A DNA stretch of 64,000 nt from Phoronis australis. Lineage: Eukaryota > Animalia > Phoronida. Shown one piece after another: positions 50,601 to 62,966 of this stretch. Made by a program: the position numbers and the translations under genes. How positions within the stretch are numbered: position 1 is the first letter of the stretch; every line of letters begins with the position of its first letter. Location: the NCBI GenBank assembly GCA_002633005.1, contig NMRA01000007.1, positions 568,842 to 632,841 on the forward strand, written 5' to 3'. The notes under the pieces were generated by a model. That model did not search any database and was not told the origin of the DNA. It worked only from the letters and a program-made list of their open reading frames with translations.

Positions 50601-53600
50601 TCGTGCGAACCTGCACAAGAAACTCGCTTGCGTAATAAATATACTCGACTAGAATAGAATAATAGACAGCTTTCTCGAGTCGTATGAAGCAGAACGGAAA
50701 ATGTCATAAATATTTTCAATCTCTGTTTCAACTACAAAGATTAAACGTCTGACCCAGGTTTTTAGCATATTTTTNATTGATTTATAATAAATTTATATAT
50801 TTAATCACTCATTTAACTGGCCGTCATCGAACGGTGTCTATTTCATTTTTTACTCCCAAGCGGGAATGCTTAACCGATTTACTTTTTGATTGTAAAAATA
50901 AACCGTTACTAAACAATCTGTATGGGTCAGTTAACTGTAAATAATAGCTTGGACGCAAACACGTTGCCATGACTAAAATTATCTCTAGTCTCTTTCGTTT
51001 TTTGTCCAACATAAGCAAATTATGATAGGCCTCCTCATATTTATCAAAACGTCGTGATCGGACGATTTTTAATTTTTGACGAGTTATGGCCAAGTAAATA
51101 GCTTTGATAATGGCATGAATGACAGAATAAAGGATCAAAGAACATCAAAAAGGACAAAGTTTATTGGCATGAGAGTACGAACTTATTAGGCTTTCTGGAC
51201 CGGGATTTTTATGATCATTGTAAGCTCGAAGTTATTTTTTAACATTTCCATTCTAGATGGTTTGCATTATTCTGTGCTCGAGTATACCTTGGTTTAAGCA
51301 AATGGCAGACTAACCTCACCTTGCACTTTATGACCCCAACATTGATGTTATAAGTTCAAGTCTGGACTCAAAATCTCAGGTTTCACTCGAATTTGTAGCT
51401 CGAATCCAGGGGTCATGCGAACTTGCCCAAGAAATTCGCTTGCGTAATAAATAATATACTCGACTAGAATAGAATAATAGACAGCTTTCTCGAGTCGTAT
51501 GAAGCAGAACGGAAAATGTCACAACATGTTTCAACTACAAAGATTAAACGTCTGACCCAGGTTTTTAGCATATTTTTACTCAAAAGTATCACCAACTCAC
51601 GTCGATAACTATCGGTTGGTAAGTAATCCGTGCAATAGGGATTCAATTGCCAACCCTACCCCTCCTCGAAGGGTTTGTGTGGCAACTACCGTCTAACGAA
51701 CAACTAGGGGGTGGCTTATCTAATCTGCCAAACCTCGTTTCAAGATAAAGCCTTTCTTATTTTGACCGACATAGAATTAGATCAATTGAAAATATGTATG
51801 AGTACCCCCTGGATCACGCTGCCAGAACTGGAACTGAATAGACAAGGGGTGAACGGGTGTTAGTAGCCTACTAAGGTAGCTGAAATCCATAGACGCAAGC
51901 TTCAAATTCCCTCTTTCCCAGCCAAATCAAAGAATAGGGAAAACAAATGAAGTTCATATTTTAAATATGACAACAACAGCATACCAATGTTCTCGGTTCC
52001 AAATGAGCACGTTCATCACTGGTGCCTTGCTTATTATTGCGGTAACATACACTGTATGCTTAGGCAATGGAACGAGGTAGCGCCACGCGTGAGGGCGCTC
52101 CGAAAAGCTGAATGCAAATTTGTCGCTAAAGCAGGAAGCTGTCTTCCTGCTAAAAGCCAGTTTCGAGTTGGGAACGCATGGGGCATGAACGTTAGAATGT
52201 CAGAGTAGGGTAAACAAAACAATTTTTATACTGCTCACTATGGAGACCCAATAATAACATGCACGTTTTTCTTAAAATAACGAGTAATTGACGGAAACAG
52301 CGCTTAATAATAATTGTTTGACATCACTGCATGAACTTTCAGATTGTGCATGAAGTTAGCTCTTAACCCTCGGATCTAGGCTTTCCTAGTGATGATAAAT
52401 AATAACATGTAACTGTTATGGTAAGGTTCTCATACAATTGCAATGATACAAAGCCATGTTTTTGTTTGTATCGATAGCTAATTGTCAGTATGAACACTGA
52501 CCCTGGGATGGACCTCATAAAAATGTGGTTGACCTTGGAAATTATAGAATTGTTACCCGTCGGATATCATCGGCATTTTCGAATGCGTTTCAAAATTGAG
52601 CGTACCTAATTTTTTAGAGTGAAAAACGAGCGCGAGACAATCCTGAATCTTAAATTTTAATCAATTTGACGATAAAACTTAAATTTGTCTCTCAAGTCCT
52701 TTTCAAGAAAGTGATCTTAGGTTTGACTTAAATTTTGTCCTAATTTTCTACTATCTTACCGGATTTGGAAGTTTCAAAGTTGAGAAAAATCTTAGACTTA
52801 AGTAAAATTTTACCTTAAGCCGGTTTCTTGGAACGGGCCGCAGGACTATGAATGTCCAAAACATTAGATAACAAAAACTGATTGCATAGCTACACGTTGA
52901 TAAGCTAGAATCCACTACTTCCGAGTATTTGATTGGGGCAATTCAGTGCGTCTACACAACACTGATGTACATGTAAATTAACACACAATTGCGTGCCAGG
53001 GATCATATATTCAAATTTTAGAAGAACAAGGAATAGCCCTATCTTGGCATTATCTCATAGAACAATTTTTATACCAAATAGTTTGTTAATGCAGCTAAAT
53101 TCTGGCTAAAATGACGTAATAGGCGATAATGAAGCACGACAAAAATGCGTTAAGTATTAGTTGACTAGAATCATTCGATGAACACTTGTTCAGCCTTCTT
53201 CATCATAACACTTCGCTTTGCTCACAGAAATGAATGTGTATTCCTTTTGCTTTTGATTTTTTTTTTGCAAAATGGAGGCTGATGACCCTCTACTTCCCCG
53301 GATGTGGAACCACGTGACCTTCAGGTAACGCCTTATTCGCATGTTCACTTTGTCCAGGATCAGAGCTTTAGCTGTTCAGGCATGATGTCCAACAAGACTG
53401 TACTCTGGTAATTGGTTACTCCCAAAAACTACATAAGTTCATGCGCGCACCCAGCCTAGAAATTTTTGAGAATGTTACCTCTTACTAAGATTCACGGGGT
53501 AGGTTCAGAGCTATCAATTGTGCATTCGCCGAGAACCNGGTGCGCCCATGAAGTTGGCAATTGTAATTATCCGGTTTTAAAATTAGTGAATTTGCCCATT

Positions 53601-56600
53601 TAGGAAAGAGAGTTCTGTATAATTATGCCGCTAAAATCACTCCTTTTCGCAAGAGATTTCAATTTATCAGACAAAAACTGGAAACATTACATTCTTTTGA
53701 AATACAATTCCGGGTTTACGCTTAAAAATCAATAAAATGTAACATAAATGTCAAGCCATTTTTGGAAGACAGGGGATGAATGCAAACCCATCCAACTGAA
53801 AACCCGACATCGCTTGGGAAATGTTCAAATCGTCTCGCACGCCAATCCAACACCCATTTCAACCCAAATGTTTTCTATTCGTGAGAGGTTACTCCTCCAA
53901 TGCGTTTCGACTCTTCAGTTACACCCGGCTTTTTTCACGTAAGCTAAATCAACAGTTTTCACCGTGCCTAGGCAGAGAAATGGCTGATGATGTCGCCGCC
54001 TCGATTTCCGATAGCTTAATAGGCGTTTTGTAACGAAACCACAAAAACACAGCAGGTTTAATTTTACACCTCTGGTCAGAGCTAATGTCAATTATACCCA
54101 AAAATAACCTCTTCTGACAGTAAATGCATTTTGGCCGTAAATCGATTATGGTCCTGCCAGCGAGAAAAGTGATTTTCTGAAACCGTGCTCAGCATGAATT
54201 CCAACTATGCCTACACTTAATTGTTCAATAAGGTTTGGTTAAACATAAATGCTACATGTGAAGATTTTGTTATCTTCAGGGTTGGCCCTCAGATGCTTCA
54301 TATAATTACAAACTAATTATACAATCATAGTCTATACTGCATGGTCCGCTAACTCTATATTCCCAATGCACAAGATTTCGTTGTGTAACGCGACTTAATC
54401 ATTTGTTTCTTTTTTTGTACTTTGAGCCCGTGGCCTTGTGGGCATTGATTATCGATGGAACATTTTTGCGTGATTAGATCTCAGTTGATTCGGGTCGCTT
54501 GTACAAACATTATATAAAAGTTATTTATCATCGTGTCCCTTCCTCGCTGGAATGCAGCCCATGGACAGAGTTCAGTTAGGATGGCATGGTACCAGTGTGA
54601 GCCAAGATAACCTTACCATAGACAATGCTATTATTTGAGAGAAATTATTTGTTTGTAAACACTGGTACGGTTCACTATTTTTTATGTAAAACAACTGACT
54701 TTAAAGACAACTTGGTAGACAGCAAATTATTTCGCTACGCGGAACATTATGCCTTCGCGTTTGCACAGCGGCAGTCCAGACATTACGTGTACAACTCCCA
54801 AATAAGGACATGCGGAATAAGAATGAATACGGTAACGTATAGTTGAAAAACCTTATGTTCATTGCCATTCAGTCCATCACAAGCTGTGCACTCAGGTTTT
54901 TTAAACGTGATGGGGAAAAGCCTTCCGCTTTTCTAAGTAATCCTTTAAAATAGTAGTGGACTATCTTATCTATTAAAATTATTCAGTGAAATCCAAGTTA
55001 AGTCGAAGATAATTTGTAAACTGGCGATTTTTCTTCCACGACATAGAAAATTTATTTTAGAAATCTAAAACAATTTCAAAAATCAACTCTCCGGGAAATA
55101 GTATGTCGAATATTGTGCGATCATAGGAAACTCCAAATTTACCAGAATATTTTTTCGGGTATTTATTATCATTTATAAAAAAGTACAAAATAACAAACCA
55201 ACAAGTAACTACATCCATTCATTCACGAATGCGCACGTCAGGAGAGACCATTTTCGTAATTCGTATAAAGTAAACAGCTTCTACATGGAGTTAACTTGAA
55301 CAATGAAATTTTCCCATTTCGCAGAGAAGCTATCATATACAAAGTTTTTATATAAAATCAATTTTTCAGCATCATAGTACTCATCAGTATATGTAACGAA
55401 TGAATACCAAAATATTGCAAATGAAACAAAGTTTCTTCCCCTTTAGCCTGCATTCGGTTTTTCGTTAATTCCGTACTCGCGATTCTTGCGAGAAATGCTA
55501 GATGACACAGTCTTCGTAAAATCCTCCATGCATTACGCGCGAAACATGTGGGCACGTTAGCTTTACTCGCGAGTATCTTGTGCCCAAAAGGTAATTATGT
55601 GATTTGTCAGTTGTTCTCAAACTATTCAGTTGTAGAAAGAGCGACCGTTATTCGTTGGCACCACCTCATTGACTACAGAGTGATCGTGACGTGCAAGACG
55701 TTACGTAATTCGTTGTTAAAGGTAGAGGGTGAGTTTTTATCTCGATGCATTTTGGAACGGGGATGCCCAATGTTGCTTCAGATAAAAACTGCCTGTGTGC
55801 TCTAATAACTGAAATTGAGAAGCATTGCGTTGTGGCATTCCACGGAAACTGATTTCGTTGTCAGACAAACCATAATAGACATAAACGAGTTTGCACGCAA
55901 ACCTAATACATTTATATTTATTGACACAAAACCATGGAATCTGCTATCTGCCAACATTGTAACGAAATAAATCATGAAACAAAGCTATTAGTGTTTTACT
56001 CAAATGTAATTAGTTCTAACTTTCCTTTTCAAATAATACCATGCTTAGCTAAGCAAGTAATGTTGTTCCACGGGAGAGCGGGCACCTGATTTATAATCTC
56101 ATAAGAATATGTAGGGAATTGTCTACAAAATATCTGGAAAAATATAAATTTTAACTCAGTAAAAGTATATATTTTCTGAATGTAGAAAGGTTGCAGAGTT
56201 TGATTTTTGATTTTCTAGCAACCTGTTACCGGTTGGGTCACGTGATGATGTCTTTTAGTTAAATTTAGCACAAAAGAAAAGTACATTGTTAGCAAAACAA
56301 CGATATCAATCACACGATCAAATTTTAATTGACATATTAAAAACGCTGTTACAGTTTTCTAAGATATTATTTCGGTTTAATATTGATGAACTTTAAAGAT
56401 ATGTTTATGAAAAACAAAAAGTACAACTTATGATAGCTCCTCACACAAAAATTGAACATTGTTAAAACAATACCGAACAGCATTTTGCGAATAGTGCAAA
56501 AAGCATTGTATCCAACAGTTTCGCATGGATCCAATAAGCCGTTTCTAAGATAAGATGTTCCAAGGTTTGCCTAATTTGTCCATTTTTATATGGTCCTACA

Positions 56601-59600
56601 TAACCATAAACTGAATCATTACAGGTGCTCCTTCAGCTTCAGGTGAGAATTTCATATTGACGACAAACCAATCAAAGTAATGATCAAGACGCAATGTAGC
56701 CGCCGACGTAACAGAAGAGATTTGGGGTTTAAAAGTATTACCATCATGATGCCTATCCGCGCCGTCGTCAAATGAGCCGGTGACTCTATTCACAGGCAAT
56801 GAGTACATAAGCCATTTTCGAATTCGGGTAATTTTAAGGTTGACCAATCCCAAATAAACTCCGAAGTGTTTTCATGACACAGCGTTTGGAACACGCACAC
56901 ATAAGTCTGTGCTCACTTGAGCCTGTCGAGCCGAGTCTATCGCCTCGTCTAAAGTAATCTCCGAGTCGTTAGACTTTTGAGTCGCTAAAGCACCTCTCCG
57001 CCTAAAAGCACCACTCCGCCTTATACACGCACTTATTTATGTCCGCGCGATTGTATACGAAATGACGCGTTTCTCAAAAGAAAATATTATTTTGCTCATG
57101 GGTTTCACCTATAGACGCGTGCTCCTATGATTCACTTATCGGCGCCGTGGGCTAACACTTGAGCATGCTTGTGTATAAACCGGGTGATTTCTATGTATAT
57201 GCCTTTTAGCCATTCCTTGCACTCATTTCAATACACGCCATCTACCGTTTTGTTACCGAAGTCAAATTTTATACACATGCCTATTCTCATGCTACTGTTT
57301 AAAGTTGCTCCTTCATGTTTTTCTAGTGTCCCGTATATTGGGCCCAACTAAATTCTCACTTTGCGCACTATCCCGTCAGTCTTCAGCAAAATGACTGGTT
57401 GAAAGCTGGGGAGGACAACAATGAAAACGATTTTATTTCTGACCAGAATCCGACTCCAGGATATTCAGCAAGGTAAACTCAATAGCCTTTCAGAGGCGCT
57501 CGACCGTTTATCATTTCACGCCATATATTTGACAGCAAAAGGCGCATCAGATGGAAAGTGACGTAATAAGAACACCGATTTGGCGACTCTCTTTAATCGA
57601 ATTCTTCGAACTATTAAATTGCCTGGGGTGGCTAATGATTCAAAACTCGTAATGGAGTCGTCAACCACAATCCGTGAATCTGGTGCCTGGGGAATGGTCA
57701 GCGGAAATACTATAACTGTGTTAGAGCGCTGCATGCAGTTGTGGGCTACCAAACACAATCAAAGGCTACGATTCGTATCAGCTTGAAAATAAGTTAACTA
57801 ATATACTATACCAATGCAGGAATCATTACGATTCCAATTAAAACACCACGAAAACAATATTAACAAATACCAGAGGGAAATTATGTCTCCACTCGACCAA
57901 GTCTTCAATAGAACACCAAACTAATCCACGACTAATAAGACCGTATGTTTTCTGTTCTTTTTCCTTACAGGAAGACATTTGTTTTTTTATCGGCAGTCTC
58001 TGATTAATGACGCTAGATCTAATTCGAGTAAATGAAAAAATTATCTTTGATGCCAGAAGCATCGATTTCACACCAAATCTGAAAGATCGAGCATGGGATA
58101 CTCGTGGTTACATTCCCAACGGTCGATCCCAGTTCAGCGTTAACAATCACAAAATTGTCACTGCTCGAAAGCTCTAGTAACGACAGCTCTTCAGGAAGAG
58201 TCGACTTTTTAGCTTTTAGTCGCTTACTTTAAATATACTCGGATGAGACAATAAGATAGCATACATTCTAATGCTTTGGCGAAACTGCCTTTGGGTTCAC
58301 GTCAGTAATCACGTTATTGGTTCTGTTTGTTTGTGAGTCAGCCGTGAGAGGGCACTCTCATTTTTTGCTCTCGTGCACATTCGTGGTTGCAAAAAAGTTT
58401 TTGAAAACTCTAGGGCAACAAAATAATCAAAATTCTGTTCAATTCTCCCGAACTGTGTTGGTTTGTTCCTCGACATCAAAACTGCATTATTAATACGGTA
58501 AATGTTTAGTCTGTACCTGTATCGTGTTTTAATTTAGGTGGAGGGTACAGATTTCTTGTAAGTAATGGTGGCGGTCTGGGTTCTCGTCTTTTAGAAAACC
58601 CAAAAAACACGATAACCACGAATTCATTGAGTATTGTGTACTAACGTTCATATTACTTCCTGCACAAATGGCAGTGCGCGGAAGAGCCAACATGTTTCGA
58701 GATCTCCAGGGATCGTTATTGATGTTTAACCCCTACCGTTAGTAGAGTGTTTGTTGTTCGTTCACCGATTACTTTAAGTAAGATAGACATATAAATACAC
58801 ATTTGTGTAATGTGTTGCCTAACTGACAACACAGTTTGAAAGCTATGCACATACCAGCGCTTTGTACTTCTGTGTGAAACAACAGATTGAACTAGAATCT
58901 TAATGAAGTCATAGTCAGTCACGAACAAATTTAAAAGTAGCGAAGATTATCCAAGCCCGTTAAAGTCCGAATTTCAACGAAAATCACTTTCAGATGAAGG
59001 CAAAACTGACTAGAAATTAAACCACCCATAGCATCCAGGCACTTACCCGTGTGCTGTCGGTTATGCACTCGGTGGAAGATGTCACGTATCTTCAATATTG
59101 CAACTGTTTGTTAGAAATGACTGACGACATTTCATTTAGAATTCGTTTTCCTAAACCAATATAAAAGAAACCACGGTTTTATTCAATTACGAAATATCTG
59201 ACTTGATGCACGCACCTCTTTACATGTTACGAAGAATTGGAAAAACAAATTACAGGAGCTAAAATTAAGATTATTTCCTCAATTTGCCCCTCGTTCATAC
59301 TGGAACAATTTAAGGCAATCAACCTTTTGACGCACAGCAGAGATAACATCTGAATTACAGGATGGGTTGCGTTAACAAGCTTGATAGCTCTATTACAGGG
59401 CCAACATCCGATGTAGATCGCAAAGAAATCATGCACTTTTCCGTCATCACGAGCCCCCAATTAACGCAATCTACTTTTCTTGCGAGAATTCATCGTTGAG
59501 GAATGATGGATTGCAGGGGGTGTAATTTCCATTATCGGAATTATTTAGAATTGACCTTCTTGTGTAAATAGTGTAATTTCAATTAATTAATGGATAGAAC

Positions 59601-62600
59601 AACTTCGTTTTATTTATTTTTCTTGTTCTGCGGTAGGTAAGTTTCATTTCGGCACCATTAATTTTGCGCGGCATAAGGGCTGCGAACTGTAATACCGAGG
59701 AGAGAAAAGGTTGGCCCGGCAGTACGTAAAGTGCGGTCGGGTGTTTTGATATCTAATGACTTTAATCTGCCTTTTTTGTCATTCATTGCTAATGTTGTGT
59801 TTATTATTATTTTTCATTTTTTGCAATGAATGTTTTCTACGGCAGTTGCTAATTTCCCTCCATTTCTGCCTAAACCTATCATTACGATAATGAGTACATC
59901 CCAGTACGCAGCAACAGCGTGGCATGTTGACTGACTCGTAAGCAAAAGCAAACGACGACCGAACTTATCACAACCGAGGTAGAACACTGACTGACTCGAC
60001 TGCTCTCACAGTCGGACTATATGAAAAGAAATTGGCGCGAAATTCTTGCCTACCAAAACGTCACTTCCGGAGTAGACGACGAGTAATTAATTAAGTTACA
60101 AAAAGCAGTAAATAATTGAAAAATATGTCTGGGATAATTAACGAACCTTATTTTTGCTAAAAATGACATGAAAACAGGTTGCCTTCGCCTTTAAGTTTCA
60201 CAAGATCGCCAATAACCCGTATTTCCGGGTTTTGATATTTGGGCGTACGGAGTTACAAGTAAAATGAGGTTAAAAACGTAAAATAGTCAGAAAATAAATA
60301 CGGTAGTAGACACGACGCATTGGTGGCCTTTACGCAAATCACACACTACGAAAATAATCAGTTTACAACTGGACTGTAACTCACGTCACGAGACTAATTA
60401 AAGTGTGTACTCATATGGTTTAATAACACTACACTACAGGTGAAAACATACTCTTACATAGGACAGGATAATCAACAATAAATGCGAAGTGATTTTGAAG
60501 ATACTTCTTGCATTTCCAGCGAAACATAACTCTGTTGGTTACTGTACGATATCTGGACCCTGACTGGCAGATGGATAAATTATCACACTTGACATGTTAG
60601 CTATGACTCGAAATCACGAAACATATCGTCTCTGTCTAACATGTCACAAATATAAACGGCGGCAAAATTAGGGAAAGTTTTTGTCGATCAATTCAAAATG
60701 CTTCTTACCCACTAGAACCTGTCAGATTGCAATCGTCGAGTCGGTATTAGGAGTCCCACTAACACAATGACGTAGAACAGCTGATGTCGAAAACAGTTTT
60801 GTTTCTCTAGACCAAGTCGGTCTCCTTACATTATCGGCGAAAAATGTGGTTTTCTGAAATTTGTTCCAGCGCAGATACAAAGCTGGAACCTTTGCGATTG
60901 CAGTCAAACGCTTTGCTGGTGTTGTTAAGTCCCACTGGCTAATTGTATTTGAAACAATTAACTGAAAAATCATCTTCACCGTCCTTGGTTTCAACGAATG
61001 TACGGCAGACAACGGCGAGTATTGGCAATTTGTAGTCAAATCGCAATAACACAAGATATTTTGTTTCACAGCTCTGAACAAAGCCACGTCTATGCCATTC
61101 AACAATAAACCCCAAAATGCGTTTTGATCGGTCGTTAAAGACGATAACCTCCCTTTAAAGTTTTTTTTTTATAGTAGGATCTATGTTTAGAGTTATCCAA
61201 ACAGTTGTTGATCAAATAATACCGGTAAGAAATATGTACAAGTACTTTATGCCTGAAATTTCTCAAAAATCAAATCGGGGGAACTGTTGATAAGTCTCAT
61301 CACTCACTCGGCTTCACCCTTACAGTGACCATTGGCTGCTTTGTTCGCGCATTATTCAATCGGGGTCATCCAATCCGGAGCATATCATTTTTGAAATAAG
61401 GATCCCTAACCTGATATGCCAAGACTTCCTAAAATTTAAGTCCAACAGGGACTTCAACACTTGTATTGGAAAGCCCTTGAGCAGGTGCTTGGAATTGTTA
61501 CGTTAAAGGTTAACTCAGTCGACATTATCAAGTCATGATTCAGCACTGGTTTTGCTGGCAAGTTTCGACTTTTCTATGATGAATGGTGAATGAAGATGAC
61601 TTGGCGCAACGGGAAATCCCAACTTACCGTGGTGACAGAGATTGGCAGATGTATTGCATCGTTTGTGGGTCACATCAATCAGTACCCGTTTCTAAATGGA
61701 TGTATTACGTTGATGACGGACCCAGGTTTGGCAGAGGGACCAGCCATAAATTCGAAGGGCCCACTAAATCTGCCTCTATTACGCCTGAATCAATACGTAC
61801 GCGGCTCCGTTGTCATCAACGAATAAGCCTGGTAGAAAATCGAACCATCATATTTAATTATGAATTTACAGAAGTCTACGTTTATTTAACAACAAAGTAG
61901 CAATCTATTTTCTTCTCAGCCAAAATGAAAATCTTGATTATGACCACCTCCCTTATAATAGTGGCCACAACTCACAACTGACAGTAAGTAGACCGTTTCC
62001 TGGTAGTCTTGTGTCATTTTAATGTTTACATATTATTTTGCACACGGTAAGCATAAATTCATAACCGAACATGTTTTTCATTAAACTGTGAAAAATAATC
62101 AGAGCCCATCACTTGCTAAGTCTAAATGCTATAGCTCAATCCCAGTGTTTATTGAACGATCCAGGTTTACGTTCTATTGATTTACGAAGTCCGGAAAAGA
62201 AGGATAGGGTGTTTCAAACACTTTAAATGCAGAGCAATGAGCTTAAAATGACAGGAAAGTGTACTGGAGAGCATGAAACTTCAAAGATTAGTGCTACTGA
62301 ACCCACCTCCCGTCGTCAAGAAAAATGACTTTTGACTTGAGTCACCTACCCGGCGTTATGAAACTCTCTCAACTTATTCCTTAATCGGGTTAAAAACGAT
62401 TCTTGTGTTTAAAAACTGACAGTTCTTTATAGCGAAGACCAGGCACAGGGCGTACACTGACTCGCCGTGACAAGCCAAAATATTGAATCAAGCCTCCAAC
62501 TATGACGAGCTGTCAATTTTTCGCAAACCCAGAAATCGCTTCCTATCTGATCAATGAACATGCCGAGTCTGTTTCCGTAGAGGTAACTTGTCCAAATTGG

Positions 62601-62966
62601 AGGTTATTTTTTTACGAAAGGTGGGTTGACGGCAGCTTTAGTAGAGCTCAACAAAACGCTTCAAACGTGAAAGGCAACTTACAGACCGATCAGATCCGTA
62701 GGTAATAGCTGCGGTATGCTGACGATGTTGCTTCCACTGCACTTTACGGACCAGCCACTTTTCCCGTGCTCGCACACGCAGTTGAGTCGGTAACAATCCA
62801 CCCAAGGGGTTGTCGTGGACGCTGTCCCGTTGCCAGTCGCTGCCGTCTCGTATGTGCTCTCTGGAGTCCACGCATCCGTGTTCCCGCGGCAAAATCTCAT
62901 CTTCATAGCGAGAATCAAACCAAGGAAGAGCGCCAGTTTCGCTGTGGTCATTTCGCGACCGTCCAT
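18360..62966 (-). CDS. LGR1: Type-A leucine-rich-repeat GPCR (glycoprotein hormone / GPA2-GPB5 receptor-like, TSHR/FSHR/LHCGR family), 9 coding exons, about 1028 aa
   Basis: Exons 62966-62683, 32730-32659, 32001-31927, 30692-30618, 29600-29526, 25320-25249, 22885-22817, 22211-22137, 20649-18360 join in frame (3087 nt) through phase-2 GT-AG introns. Product: signal peptide, Cys cap, LRRs, hinge YPHHCCAF...NPCED, 7TM with ERW, FTDF and NSCANPFLY. Orthology name is inferred. Confidence 0.93.
20946..21494. mobile_element. Foldback-like element with imperfect long TIRs
   Basis: CAAGGGGGGAATCAA...GACTTCAAAA versus TTTTGAAGTC...TTGATTCTCCCGCTTG; internal repeated subunits. Confidence 0.65.
21062..21222. 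mobile_element. hAT-like MITE with 5-bp TSD nested in the foldback element
   Basis: CCTCA|CAGCAGCGGATTTAG...CTGGATCTGCCCCTG|CCTCA. Confidence 0.82.
22137..22211 (-). CDS. LGR exon 8 (75 nt, LRR)
   Basis: tgacag|NLSQNAELSTLGDYAFEGIKELNIL|gtaagt. Confidence 0.9.
22537..22705. repeat. Degenerate AGC/AGT simple repeat
   Basis: Runs of agcagcagc, agcagt and agctagc. Confidence 0.85.
22817..22885 (-). CDS. LGR exon 7 (69 nt, LRR)
   Basis: ttacag|KLRNTGIQTIENGAFNITDITRL|gtaagt. Confidence 0.9.
24203..24790 (+). mobile_element. LINE ORF2 C-terminal remnant (CR1/RTE-X-like) interrupted by a TIR element at 24266-24695
   Basis: LSRSERSLLAQLRVRTLAL...ETG...DELHF; the inserted element has about 60-bp TIRs TGCGTGAACTTGG...TATGGGTGAACTTG and CAAGTTCACCCATA...CCAAGTTCACGCA. 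Confidence 0.65.
25249..25320 (-). CDS. LGR exon 6 (72 nt, LRR)
   Basis: ttctag|DFSNNLKIKTIKTGAFDRVKTYDL|gtaaga. Confidence 0.9.
26330..29109. mobile_element. 2.8 kb non-autonomous DNA transposon with about 200-bp TIRs
   Basis: GTGCGC|TGATACGCCGTAAAATGTAA...TTACATTTTACGGCGTATCA|GTGCGC; TIRs built from repeated AAATGTAACA/TGTTACATTT motifs. Confidence 0.88.
28478..28565. repeat. (AGTAAT)n microsatellite
   Basis: Tandem agtaat units. Confidence 0.85.
29526..29600 (-). CDS. LGR exon 5 (75 nt, LRR)
   Basis: ttgcag|VIRNTGLTELPHLGVFQAEHGLSV|gtgagt; IxNTGL motif typical of glycoprotein hormone receptors. Confidence 0.9.
30130..30308 (-). mobile_element. Old tRNA-derived SINE remnant
   Basis: Minus strand reads GGAAGCAGTGTGGACTATTG...GGTTGTGGGTTCCAGTC followed by a core-like TTGGGTCACGTC...CTCAGTTT...CCCAC. 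Confidence 0.4.
30618..30692 (-). CDS. LGR exon 4 (75 nt, LRR)
   Basis: ttccag|QIYDCPLLSKVEEGVLYHFEKLSNL|gtgagt. Confidence 0.88.
31138..31672. repeat. Tandem duplication of about 267 bp across the N at 31406 (probable assembly overlap)
   Basis: 31138-31405 nearly identical to 31407-31672. Confidence 0.9.
31927..32001 (-). CDS. LGR exon 3 (75 nt, LRR)
   Basis: tttcag|VISEDKALRYIEPLLFSYTPNLLTL|gtaagt. Confidence 0.88.
32659..32730 (-). CDS. LGR exon 2 (72 nt, LRR)
   Basis: ttgcag|DLWQTRIESWTLTSFANYSNLRKL|gtgagt. Confidence 0.88.
35200..35357. mobile_element. MITE (Harbinger-like ends), copy 2
   Basis: Colinear with 2943-3100 over its whole length. Confidence 0.75.
36274..36423. mobile_element. 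Harbinger-like MITE; inverted copy at about 52689-52844
   Basis: TIR GTCCGTTTCAAAAA...TTTTTGAAACGGAC; internal TTACTTAAGTCTAAGATTTTTCTCAAC shared with the second copy. Confidence 0.78.
37616..37772. mobile_element. Same MITE family, inverted copy
   Basis: Reverse complement of the 16755-16896 family. Confidence 0.75.
38739..39210. mobile_element. Kolobok-like non-autonomous element, diverged second copy
   Basis: Shares the left TIR and internal blocks (TAGAAAAATC, CATGCGCTCA, AAAGAAAAATGCTTTGA) with 4809-5326; right end approximate. Confidence 0.6.
39748..40030 (-). pseudogene. Intronless fragment of a USP / peptidase C19-like domain (His box)
   Basis: CPHC (frameshifted) then KYLCIHILR...YKIKAVIELHGRNMTGGHYTCCVKSSAWEWINFDDSTV; no Cys box found. 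Confidence 0.7.
41883..42010 (+). mobile_element. THAP-like N-terminal remnant of a DNA transposon protein
   Basis: MPTKYHCCATVGYNSD...KYP...LKFFAFPT resembles the start of a THAP zinc finger; the rest is degenerate. Confidence 0.45.
45543..48441. repeat. Tandem duplication of about 1.45 kb across the N at 46989 (probable uncollapsed alleles)
   Basis: 45543-46988 versus 46990-48441 differ by scattered substitutions and small indels. Confidence 0.92.
45885..46015. mobile_element. hAT-like MITE with 5-bp TSD, same family as 21062-21222
   Basis: GAGAC|CAGTGGCGGATTTAG...CTGGATCCGCCCTTG|GAGAC; duplicated again at about 47334-47464. Confidence 0.82.
49936..51577. repeat. Tandem duplication of about 0.8 kb across the N at 50775 (probable uncollapsed alleles)
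   Basis: 49936-50774 versus 50776-51577 colinear with substitutions and indels. Confidence 0.9.
62683..62966 (-). CDS. LGR exon 1: signal peptide and N-terminal Cys cap
   Basis: MDGREMTTAKLALFLGLILAMKMRFCRG...DCYRLNCVCEHGKSGWSVKCSGSNIVSIPQLLPTDLIG; ends CT|gtaagt (phase 2). Alternative ATG at 62951; the ORF track start at 62984 is TTG. Confidence 0.88.

Noticed and set aside
56500-58100. Possible transposase remnant
   Set aside because: Only vague motif resemblance; cannot be supported without a search
60458-60531. Candidate extra LRR exon on the minus strand
   Set aside because: 74 nt breaks the frame and no reading frame is LRR-like
61583-61900. 105-aa ORF with CxxC
   Set aside because: No recognisable domain or consistent splice structure
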